This document shows positions 37,451 through 45,843 of a stretch of 64,000 nucleotides of DNA, piece after piece. Under the pieces are notes generated by a model. It was not told where the DNA came from and searched no databases. It saw only the letters and a list, made by a program, of their open reading frames with translations. Source of the DNA: Candidatus Onthoplasma sp. (lineage in GTDB: Bacteria > Bacillota > Clostridia > Christensenellales > UBA1242). The stretch lies in the NCBI GenBank assembly GCA_051883515.1, contig JBJETW010000009.1, positions 421 to 64,420 of the forward strand, read 5' to 3'. Made by a program: the position numbers and the translations under genes. Numbering within the stretch: position 1 is the first letter of the stretch; each line of letters starts with the position of its first letter.

Positions 37451-37480
37451 AAAAAGACTAATTTAATAGTCTTTTTTTAT
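37451..37480. terminator. Terminator hairpin (between convergent genes)
   Basis: agacta-atttaa-tagtct stem flanked by an A-run and a T-run. Confidence 0.6.
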
Positions 37481-37530
37481 ATTTTTTAATAAATTTTTTT
37501 AAATTTTTATTTAAATTAAACATTTTTAAA

Positions 37531-39888
37531 TTAATTATTCCATGACCAATTTTCAATTTCTGGCATGTCAACTCCATACTGACGGATATAATCTTTGTGG
37601 AATTTTAATTTTTTCTCCATCTCTTTTGTGATTTCTTTTACTTTTTCTTTTGGTAAGTCTAAATATTTTATTGCTTTCAAAACCTGATGGAAGCGGTCTG
37701 TTTTATTTAAAACGCGCATGTCAAATGATGTCGTTATCGTACCTTCTTCAAAGTAGCCAGAAACGTGTAAATTTTGATTATGTCGTGAATATGTCAACAT
37801 GTGTATCAATTGTGGATAACCGTGGAAATTGAAAATGATTGGTTTGTCTTTCGTAAAAATTTTGTCATATTCAGCGTCGGTCAATCCGTGTGGGTGAGAT
37901 GTGTTAGGAACGAGTTTCATCAAGTCAACAACGTTTACAAATCTAACATTTAAATCTGGCAAATATTTTTTAAGTAAAGTTATCGTTGCAAGCGATTCAA
38001 CTGTTGCAGTGTCTCCGCAACAAGCGACAACAAGGTCGGGATTTTTTGTGTTATTCATTCCTGCCCACGTCCATTCGCCAACACCTTTCGCACAATGCTC
38101 TTTTGCTTCATCCATGTTTAACCATTGATAACTTGGGTGCTTTGATGCAATGATAACATTCACATAATTTTTGCTTTTTGCGCAATGGTCATAACAAGAC
38201 AACAAACAATTTGCGTCAGCCGGCAAATAAATTCGCACCACATCTGCTTTTTTGTTTGCCATGTGGTCCAAGAATCCTGGGTCTTGATGTGTGAAACCGT
38301 TATGGTCTTGTTGCCAAACATTGCTTGTCAAAATTAAATTTAGCGATGAAATTGGTTTTCTAAAAGGAACTTCGTTGCAAACTTTCAACCATTTAGCGTG
38401 TTGAGCAACCATGCTGTCCACAACGCGAATAAATGCTTCATAACTGTCAAACATTCCATGTCTACCTGTCAAAAGATATCCTTCAAGCATTCCTTCACAC
38501 ATGTGTTCAGAAAGGAAAGAATCCATAATTCTTCCATCGTGAGATAATTTATCGTCTGTTGGCAAAATATTTAGGTTAAAATCACGATTTTCAATGTCAA
38601 ACACTTTATATAATCTGTTGCTCATTGCTTCGTCTGGACTAAAAATGCGATAATTTTTATTTTTTGCGTTGAGTGAGTAAACACTCTTAATATAGTCGCT
38701 CAATACGAGCATGTCTTGTGCCTTTACTGTTCCATGACCTGAAAATTTAACTTTGAATTTGTCAATTGAAGGTGTTTTTAGTTCTTTTAAAAGTTTTCCA
38801 CCATTCGCATATGGGGAAGCAGACAAGCGCATGTCTCCAATTGGGGCAATTTTTGCAATTTCTTCTTTTAATTTATAATTTTCATCAAACAAATCGTCAG
38901 GATTATAACTTTTTAACCAATCTTCCAAAATTTGAATATGCTCAGGTTCGGTCATCGAAACAGGAACTTGATGCGCTCTGAATGAACCTTCAACATTTTT
39001 CCCATCAACTTGTTTTGGACCTGTCCAACCTTTTGGAGTTCGTAAAATTATCATTGGCCATCTTGGCAAAAAATCTTTTCCGCTTCTTGCTTCAGATTGA
39101 ATTTGTTTTATGCTTTCAATCGCTTTGTCCATTGCTTTTGCCATTTTCTTATGCATTTTCATTGGGTCGTCCCCTTCAACAAAAATAGGGGAATATCCAT
39201 AGCCTAAAAATAAATTTTCCAAATCTTTGTGTGGCATACGTGACAAAATTGTTGGATTGCTAATTTTGTAGCCATTTAAATGTAAAATTGGCAAAACTGC
39301 GCCATCATTTTTTGCGTTGATAAACTTAAATCCATGCCAAGAAGTTGCAAGTGGTCCAGTTTCAGCTTCGCCATCACCAACAATTGTTGTCACAATAAGG
39401 TTAGGGTTATCCAGCACGGCACCAAATGCGTGGGCGAGAGAATAGCCAAGTTCACCACCTTCATTGATTGAACCAGGAGTTTCAGGGACACAATGTGAAC
39501 CAATTCCACCAGGGAATGAGAATTGTTTGCAAAGTCTAGTCATTCCTTGTTTGTTTTGACCTATTTCTGGATAAATTTCGCTATATGTTCCTTCAAGATA
39601 TGAATTTGCAACCAAAAAATTTCCACCATGGCCTGGACCTGAAATCAAAATCATGTCAAGGTCATATTTATTAATTACTCGATTGCAGTGTGCATAGATA
39701 AAATTTTGTCCTGGGACAGTTCCCCAGTGCCCAACAAGTTTTTTCTTTATGTCGTCAGAGCATAGTTTGTGGTCTCTAAGCAATGGATTTTGCAATAGAT
39801 ATAATTGTGCAGCAGAAAGATAGTTTGCTGCGTTCCAATATTTGTTTAAATTTTCAAAATATTCGTTTGAAAAGAAATTATTTTTCAT
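37531..39888 (-). CDS. xfp: Xylulose-5-phosphate/fructose-6-phosphate phosphoketolase
   Basis: WNAANYLSAAQLYLLQNPLL, GHWGTVPGQNFIYAHCNRVI and EGGELGY motifs. 785 aa. Confidence 0.95.
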   Translation of the reverse strand: MKNNFFSNEYFENLNKYWNAANYLSAAQLYLLQNPLLRDHKLCSDDIKKKLVGHWGTVPGQNFIYAHCNRVINKYDLDMILISGPGHGGNFLVANSYLEGTYSEIYPEIGQNKQGMTRLCKQFSFPGGIGSHCVPETPGSINEGGELGYSLAHAFGAVLDNPNLIVTTIVGDGEAETGPLATSWHGFKFINAKNDGAVLPILHLNGYKISNPTILSRMPHKDLENLFLGYGYSPIFVEGDDPMKMHKKMAKAMDKAIESIKQIQSEARSGKDFLPRWPMIILRTPKGWTGPKQVDGKNVEGSFRAHQVPVSMTEPEHIQILEDWLKSYNPDDLFDENYKLKEEIAKIAPIGDMRLSASPYANGGKLLKELKTPSIDKFKVKFSGHGTVKAQDMLVLSDYIKSVYSLNAKNKNYRIFSPDEAMSNRLYKVFDIENRDFNLNILPTDDKLSHDGRIMDSFLSEHMCEGMLEGYLLTGRHGMFDSYEAFIRVVDSMVAQHAKWLKVCNEVPFRKPISSLNLILTSNVWQQDHNGFTHQDPGFLDHMANKKADVVRIYLPADANCLLSCYDHCAKSKNYVNVIIASKHPSYQWLNMDEAKEHCAKGVGEWTWAGMNNTKNPDLVVACCGDTATVESLATITLLKKYLPDLNVRFVNVVDLMKLVPNTSHPHGLTDAEYDKIFTKDKPIIFNFHGYPQLIHMLTYSRHNQNLHVSGYFEEGTITTSFDMRVLNKTDRFHQVLKAIKYLDLPKEKVKEITKEMEKKLKFHKDYIRQYGVDMPEIENWSWNN

Positions 39889-40033
39889 TTTAACCTCTTA
39901 TGTCTCTATTTATTATGATAATAAAAACCAAAAAAAAACACAAAAGAATTTGTACATTTTTGAAATTTAAAAAATAAAAAAGTTCCAAACAAATGTAATG
40001 TTTGAAACTAAAACTTATAAATTTTGTCAATTA

Positions 40034-40825
40034 TTATAAAGTGCTTTTTACCATTCCGCCATCAACATTGATTGCTACGCCAGTGATATAATGGGCAGGT
40101 TCACTAGACAAGAATACTATAGCATTCGCAATTTCTTCTGGCTTTGCATATCTTCCCATTGGGATATTTGTCTTTGCAAACCAATCAATTGCTTCATTTT
40201 TTTTCATTCCTGTTGCTCCTGCGAGTTGGTCGCCGAGTTGTCCTTTTTCATGCCATAATGGAGTGTCGACTGGGCCAGGGCAAACTGCGTTGACATTCAC
40301 ATTGAATGGAGCACAATAAGATGAATAGTCTTTTGTAATCATAATGTCTGCAGCTTTAATAGCGTCATAGCTTATTAGACCACCAGGTTGTTTTCCGAAA
40401 ATTGAAGCAGTGTTAACAACGCTTCCCCAACCATTCTTTTTAAAGTAAGGAATGCACAAATTGATGAGACGTACAGGAGCATACATCATAAGTTCAGAAT
40501 GTTGTCTGAAGACTTCTTCTGGGAAAGTTTCCATGTCTCCCATTTTTGCTGTTCCTGCATTGTTAACCAAAATGTCAATTTTCTTGAATTTTTTTGCAAC
40601 ATTTTTTATAAATGTGGCACATTCGTCTGCTTTTGTTATGTCAACTTTTTCAACATATACTTCTGCACCTTTCAATTCTTTTTTAAGTGCTTTTAATCCT
40701 TCCAAGTTGATGTCTGCCAAAGCGAGTTTTGCTCCTTCTTCAGCGTAGGCATAAGCAGTTGCTCTTCCAATTCCTGACGCAGCGCCAGTGATGATAACCA
40801 CGCGATTATTTAATCCTAATTTCAT
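40034..40825 (-). CDS. SDR-family oxidoreductase
   Basis: TGAASGIGRA Rossmann motif, NNAG, and Y..xK (YDAIK). GGGGG SD before ATG 40825. Confidence 0.85.
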   Translation of the reverse strand: MKLGLNNRVVIITGAASGIGRATAYAYAEEGAKLALADINLEGLKALKKELKGAEVYVEKVDITKADECATFIKNVAKKFKKIDILVNNAGTAKMGDMETFPEEVFRQHSELMMYAPVRLINLCIPYFKKNGWGSVVNTASIFGKQPGGLISYDAIKAADIMITKDYSSYCAPFNVNVNAVCPGPVDTPLWHEKGQLGDQLAGATGMKKNEAIDWFAKTNIPMGRYAKPEEIANAIVFLSSEPAHYITGVAINVDGGMVKSTL

Positions 40826-41013
40826 ATAACCCCCTAAAAAATTATTATGTAATAAATCTATCATTTTGACAAAATTTAGTCAAGCAAATATGAATCTAAT
40901 GTAGTATTTACAGGATAATTTATAACTTTACAGAAAGTCGTGACAATTAAAATTGGTATTTATAGAAAAGAACAAATTTTTACAAAATTAATCTTCAAAA
41001 CTTTCATTTAATG

Positions 41014-41042
41014 TTGACATTAAATATTTTTTTTGATATAAT
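41014..41042 (+). promoter_or_regulatory. Consensus promoter of tRNA-Ser (and probably of the downstream T-box/aspS)
   Basis: TTGACA (41014-41019), 17 nt, TATAAT (41037-41042). Confidence 0.7.
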
Positions 41043-41063
41043 TCACTTGTTCGATGTTTAAAT

Positions 41064-41154
41064 GGAGAGTTACTCAAGAGGTCGAAGAGGCGTCCCTGCT
41101 AAGGATGTAGGCGTAGAAATGCGCGCGAGGGTTCAAATCCCTCACTCTCCGCCA
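41064..41154 (+). tRNA. tRNA-Ser (anticodon GCT), class II with long variable arm, CCA encoded
   Basis: Acceptor GGAGAGT/ACTCTCC. Anticodon loop CTGCTAA. T arm GAGGG-TTCAAAT-CCCTC. Confidence 0.9.
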
Positions 41155-41159
41155 AAACA

Positions 41160-41361
41160 TCAAACTAGATGTTGATGAAGAGAGTAGGCATGAATGGCGT
41201 TGCTTTAGTGAGAAAAGGACAGTGTAAACTTTTCCAACACACATGTTGAAGGACACTTCTGAATCTGTAATTTAATAATAAGTGGTTGTTTTCAACAAAT
41301 TAGGTGGCACCGCGGTGGAGATATCTATCGTCCTAATGCATAATTGCATTGGGATTTTTTT
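41160..41361 (+). promoter_or_regulatory. T-box riboswitch leader with an aspartate (GAC) specifier
   Basis: TGATGAAGAGAG K-turn-like start. GAAG-GAC-A-CTTC specifier context (GAC at 41252-41254). T-box sequence AAATTAGGTGGCACCGCGG (41297-41315). Terminator cctaatgca/tgcattggg plus T7 (41331-41361). Confidence 0.85.
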
Positions 41362-41508
41362 ATTAAATTTTGTTTTGAATAAACAATTGGAAATCGGAAA
41401 ACACTTTTATACTTTTAATAAAAAAATTTAAAAAAATGTGCAAATTTATTGAAAAAAACTAAAAATTATGTTGTTTTATTAAAAAAAAATTGTAAAATTG
41501 GAGGAAAA

Positions 41509-42792
41509 ATGATTACAGAAATAAAAAATTTACAACCAGGAAGAGTTGAATTTCACGGAATGGTGGACACAATTCGAGACAAGAAAAACATGCAATTTGT
41601 TATTCTTAAAGATTTTTCAGGGAAAATTCAATTGTTCGTTGACAAGGTGAAATATCCTGAAATTGGTGAAAAATTTTCAAAAATGGTTCCAGGTTTCACA
41701 GTCAAAGTCAAGGGCGAATTGGTGTTGAGTGAATATGTGAAAATGGGCGGAAGAGAGGTTGTTGTTGACGATGTTGAAATCACAAGCAACGCAGAACCAA
41801 ATCCAATTGCAGAAGATTCAACTATTGATTACCGACTTGACTATCGTTGGCTTGACCTAAGAACAGACAAAAATTTATTGATGTTCAAAGTTCAAACGTG
41901 TTTTACAAACGCAATGAGAGAATTTTTGCTTGATAACGATTTTGTTGAAATTCATTCTCCAAAACTTATCGCAACGGCAAGCGAAAGTGGTGCAGAAGTT
42001 TTTCAAGTGAAATATTTTGACACATTTGCTTATCTTGCTCAATCTCCACAATTCTATAAACAAATGGCAATGGCTGGTGGTCTTGGAAGGATTTTTGAAT
42101 GCGGTCCAGTGTTTAGAGCTGAAAAATCACATTCAAGAAAGCACACAACTGAATTCACCGGATTTGATTTGGAATTTTCAAATATTGACGGCGTGGAAGA
42201 CGTAATGCATGTTGAAGAAGATTTGTTGACATATGCTTTGGAAAAAGTTAGCGAAAAATATGGAGAAGAAATTAAACAATTGTTTGGGATTGACGTTGTT
42301 GTTCCAAGTTTGCCGTTCCCAAGAATGAAACTTGCTGATGTGTATAAAGAATTGGAAGAAAGATATGGATACACTTGTCCAAAAGAAGAACAAGACGATT
42401 TGACCACGGAAGCGGAAAAATTATGCAAACAATTGTCTCATGATAAATTTAATCATGAGTTTATATTCATAACAGATTATGGCGCAAGAAAACGCGCTTT
42501 CTATCACATGAGAAAAGATGGAATCCCACAAGGATATGATTTAATTTGGAAAGGTGTTGAAGTCACAACAGGTGCGCAACGCGAACATAGATATGACGTT
42601 TTGTGTCAACAAGCAAAAGAAAAAGGGTTAGATGAAGACGTTAAGTTCTATCTCCAATTCTTCAAATATGGTTGTCCACCACATGGCGGATTTGGGCTCG
42701 GTCTTGACAGAATAACAATGAATTTGCTTGAACTTGAAAATTTGAAAGAAGCAATGTTCTTGTTTAGAGGGCCAGAGAGATTGACTCCATAA
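41509..42792 (+). CDS. aspS: Aspartate--tRNA ligase, archaeal/type-2 (class IIb, about 427 aa)
   Basis: FRAEKSHSRKHTTEFTGFDLE (motif 2) and GGFGLGLDRITM...FRGPERLTP C-terminus. The GAC specifier in the leader supports Asp. GGAGGA SD before ATG 41509. AsnRS is not fully excluded. Confidence 0.8.
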   Translation: MITEIKNLQPGRVEFHGMVDTIRDKKNMQFVILKDFSGKIQLFVDKVKYPEIGEKFSKMVPGFTVKVKGELVLSEYVKMGGREVVVDDVEITSNAEPNPIAEDSTIDYRLDYRWLDLRTDKNLLMFKVQTCFTNAMREFLLDNDFVEIHSPKLIATASESGAEVFQVKYFDTFAYLAQSPQFYKQMAMAGGLGRIFECGPVFRAEKSHSRKHTTEFTGFDLEFSNIDGVEDVMHVEEDLLTYALEKVSEKYGEEIKQLFGIDVVVPSLPFPRMKLADVYKELEERYGYTCPKEEQDDLTTEAEKLCKQLSHDKFNHEFIFITDYGARKRAFYHMRKDGIPQGYDLIWKGVEVTTGAQREHRYDVLCQQAKEKGLDEDVKFYLQFFKYGCPPHGGFGLGLDRITMNLLELENLKEAMFLFRGPERLTP

Positions 42793-42926
42793 ACGACACA
42801 ATACTTGACAATTTTATAGAAAATTGAATAATATTGGTGCTGATTTTATTAAATATTTAAATTTTTGAAAAATTTGTTGACTTGAAATTAATGAAAAGTT
42901 ATAATTAATAACAGAATGGAGAACTT

Positions 42927-43550
42927 ATGAAAGCATATATCATCGTGGTTGTTATTGCAAGTGTGCTTATAGTTCTCATAAACTCCATTTTTACAAGTTT
43001 CGGTTTTGGTTGGGTCCTGCTTTGGACGCTGGCTGGACTTGTGGGTTTGTATGTTTTAGATACAATACTTGCAGGAATTGTAATGATTGTTCCTCGCAAA
43101 ATATACAATCCTTTTTCGAAACGCGCGAAAGTGTTTAAGTTTGAAAAGAAATTTTATGAAAAGATTGGAATAAGAAAATGGAAAGATAAAATTCCAATTG
43201 GGAAAGGTCCGCTCGGGAATGGCAGAAGAAAAGATAAAGTGACAGAAATCAACAACATAAACTATCTAGCGATGTTCATGATGGATAGTTATAGAGCGGA
43301 AATCATGCACGCTGTTCAAGCGGTGGTTGCATTGGCGCTTTTGGTAGTTTATCCATTTAATTTATTGTCAATCTCTATTCCGATTGTGGTTGTTCACACT
43401 GTCTTGCAAGTGTTGCCAATTCTGGTTCAACGATACAATCGTCCACGTCTGATGGTTGCATTTGAAAGGGCAAAAAGAAGTGACAATCAGTACAGCAAAG
43501 AAATGGACAATTCAAAGATTTTCAAACAAATTATGAACGCGGTTAAATAA
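42927..43550 (+). CDS. CrtO-family membrane acyltransferase (glycosyl-4,4'-diaponeurosporenoate acyltransferase family)
   Basis: IGIRKWKDKIP, YRAEIMH and LVQRYNRPRL match the S. aureus CrtO signature segments as I recall them. Confidence 0.7.
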   Translation: MKAYIIVVVIASVLIVLINSIFTSFGFGWVLLWTLAGLVGLYVLDTILAGIVMIVPRKIYNPFSKRAKVFKFEKKFYEKIGIRKWKDKIPIGKGPLGNGRRKDKVTEINNINYLAMFMMDSYRAEIMHAVQAVVALALLVVYPFNLLSISIPIVVVHTVLQVLPILVQRYNRPRLMVAFERAKRSDNQYSKEMDNSKIFKQIMNAVK

Positions 43551-43614
43551 AATTTACAAAGTTATAAAAGACCGAAACAAGACATATAATGTAATAAAAA
43601 ATAAGGAGGGAAAT

Positions 43615-43839
43615 ATGGTTAAATTTATGGACAATCTCCCATTATGGGCAAAAATTATTCTTGCTCTTCCTGGTTTGGACCTTATTTGGGCAATATATCG
43701 TTTGGTTAAAGGTATCACAAAAAACAAGGTATCTGCAATCATCGGAGGTATTGTTTGGATATTGTTAGGCTGGGCAATTTTATGGTTGATTGATTTAATT
43801 TGCATTTTAATCTACAAAAAACCAGTTGTTTTAGCGTAG
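43615..43839 (+). CDS. Small two-TM membrane protein (74 aa)
   Basis: AAGGAGGG SD and two hydrophobic helices. Preferred over the antisense 43554..43805 ORF. Confidence 0.6.
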   Translation: MVKFMDNLPLWAKIILALPGLDLIWAIYRLVKGITKNKVSAIIGGIVWILLGWAILWLIDLICILIYKKPVVLA

Positions 43840-43858
43840 AAATAAAAAAAAGAAGAAA

Positions 43859-45682
43859 TTAATTTTTCTTCTTTTTTTCTTTTTCTTCAATGGGTTTCCA
43901 GGTCGCTTCAATCAATCTGCTTGCCCTAAAATAACTTACATTAGGGCATATTTTTCTGTGAATTATAATTCCTCTTCCTGCTGAAATAAATCCAATTATG
44001 TCATCTCCATACATTGGGTGACAACAATTTGCAAATTTCAAAAGAATGTTGTTCAATCCTTTTAAGGCAATTTGTTTTTCAGTTGGCGCCGCAAGAGAGA
44101 CATTTGGAGAACGAGGAATGTTTTCATTTTCTTGTTTGATTTGTTTTTGGAAAGACTGAGCCAATTTCCCGGCAATATAGTTGGCAGAAATTGCGTTTGT
44201 TCCAATGTTGGCATAAAGTTCGTCAACTTCTGTCATATTATAATTTTGCAAGATTTCGTTCATGTTTTTTGTGCTGGTCAACTTTGAAACAGAATAACCC
44301 TTGTCTTTTATCGCCGTTTCCAACATGGCTTTACCAAGTTTGATGTTTTCCTCTTTCATTGTTTTCTTGAAAAAGGTGTTAATTTTGCTCTTTGCTTCGT
44401 TCGTTTTGCAAAATTTAAGCCAATCTCGTGAAGGTCCCTTTGAATTTGGATTTGTGATTATTTCCACAACGTCACCATTATGTAGTTCGCTGTTTGTTTG
44501 AACCATTTTTCCGTTGACTTTTGCGCCCACACATTTGTTTCCGACTTCGCTGTGTATGCAATATGCAAAATCAATCGGAGTCGATCCGCTTGGGAGATAA
44601 ACGACTTTCCCTTTTGGTGATTGAACGAAAATTTCATTGTTGTAAATATCCTGACTTAGTGAAGAAGCCAAATCGTCAATTGAGATGTTTTCGTCTTCAA
44701 TCATTTGTCTAAGCCATGCCAATCGGATATCCAAGTTGTCTTGTTTAGAGCGCTTTTCTTTATAAATCCAATGTGCGGCAATTCCGTACTCTGCATATTG
44801 GTGCATTTCTTCTGTTCTAATTTGAACTTCAACAGGGAAACCTTCAAATTTTAGTGTGGTGTGTAATGATTGATAGCCGTTGGGTTTTGGTGTTGAAATA
44901 TAATCCTTAAATCTGTCTTTATATGGTTCAACAATAGAGTGAATTTTTCCAACAAGGGCGTAGCAATCTGAAACCGAGTGAACAATTGCACGCACAGCAA
45001 TCAAGTCATAGATGTTATCGAGTGTGTGGTCTTGGAGTTTTTTGTATATGCTGTAAATATGTTTTTTTCTGCCATAAACTTTACCCTTGATTGACAATTC
45101 TTCCATGCAGTTTTCCACGAGTTTTTTAAGTCTTTCAACAATTGGTTGACGTTTGTGATATCTATTGTCCACTTCTTGCTGAATTTTGTTGTAAGTTTCA
45201 GGGTCTGAAATTTTAAATGCACCATCTTCTAGTTCGGTTTTGATTCCAGAAAGACCAAGACGTGCAGAAAGTGGAGCAAACAGAGTGAAAATTGAGTTCG
45301 ACAGAGCGATTTGTTCATCTTTTGATTTGTTTTCTACATTCCTTAAATCAGCAACCACAACTGCAATTTTTAGCATAATCGTTCGAATGTCTTTTGTGAT
45401 TGCGAAAAACATTTTTCTAAGATTTTCCGCTTCAACTTGTTGTTGAGAGTAGTTAATATTATCCAGTTTTTTAAGCACTTCTAGAGTGGTTATTGTTTCA
45501 GGATATTTTTCCTTGATTTCTTCTGCTGAAATTAAATTATTTTTTAACGCGAGATAAATTAAACCTTCAAGTTTTTTATCATCACTCAAATTCATTTGGT
45601 CGATGACGTGCAAAAAATCATCAACTAATTTAGGTTGAGTTTGCTCCAAATTTTTTTTCATTTCAGAAATTTTCTTTTCCAT
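43859..45682 (-). CDS. rel: Long RelA/SpoT-homolog (p)ppGpp synthetase with a degenerate hydrolase domain and no ACT/RRM domain
   Basis: Synthetase motifs are intact (YGRKKHIYSIYKKL, DLIAVRAIV, KDYISTPKPNGYQSLHTT, EVQIRTEEMH, AAHWIYKE). TGS and CCHP zinc-finger regions are present. The HD-domain His/Asp signature is absent. The start at MEKKIS is supported by a leaderless promoter. Confidence 0.85.
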   Translation of the reverse strand: MEKKISEMKKNLEQTQPKLVDDFLHVIDQMNLSDDKKLEGLIYLALKNNLISAEEIKEKYPETITTLEVLKKLDNINYSQQQVEAENLRKMFFAITKDIRTIMLKIAVVVADLRNVENKSKDEQIALSNSIFTLFAPLSARLGLSGIKTELEDGAFKISDPETYNKIQQEVDNRYHKRQPIVERLKKLVENCMEELSIKGKVYGRKKHIYSIYKKLQDHTLDNIYDLIAVRAIVHSVSDCYALVGKIHSIVEPYKDRFKDYISTPKPNGYQSLHTTLKFEGFPVEVQIRTEEMHQYAEYGIAAHWIYKEKRSKQDNLDIRLAWLRQMIEDENISIDDLASSLSQDIYNNEIFVQSPKGKVVYLPSGSTPIDFAYCIHSEVGNKCVGAKVNGKMVQTNSELHNGDVVEIITNPNSKGPSRDWLKFCKTNEAKSKINTFFKKTMKEENIKLGKAMLETAIKDKGYSVSKLTSTKNMNEILQNYNMTEVDELYANIGTNAISANYIAGKLAQSFQKQIKQENENIPRSPNVSLAAPTEKQIALKGLNNILLKFANCCHPMYGDDIIGFISAGRGIIIHRKICPNVSYFRASRLIEATWKPIEEKEKKKKN

Positions 45683-45717
45683 GTAAGGATAATAACACAT
45701 TCTGAAAAAATTTTCAA
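45683..45717 (-). promoter_or_regulatory. Promoter placed for leaderless rel mRNA
   Basis: On the minus strand: TTGAAA (45712-45717), 17 nt, TGtTATTAT (hexamer 45689-45694), 6 nt, ATG (45680-45682). Confidence 0.55.
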
Positions 45718-45843
45718 CACTAAGAATAAAATTTGATTTGTTTTTCAATTTTTAAATCACAACAATGCAATATTTTGTCGAAGGGAAAAAATAATACGTT
45801 TTTGATATGTTCTATTCCGGACGGACAAGCAATAAATTATTGT

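Noticed and set aside
43554-43805. 83-aa minus-strand ORF
   Set aside because: It is antisense to the 74-aa plus-strand ORF, which has a strong AAGGAGGG SD and two clean TM helices. No SD precedes the minus ORF.
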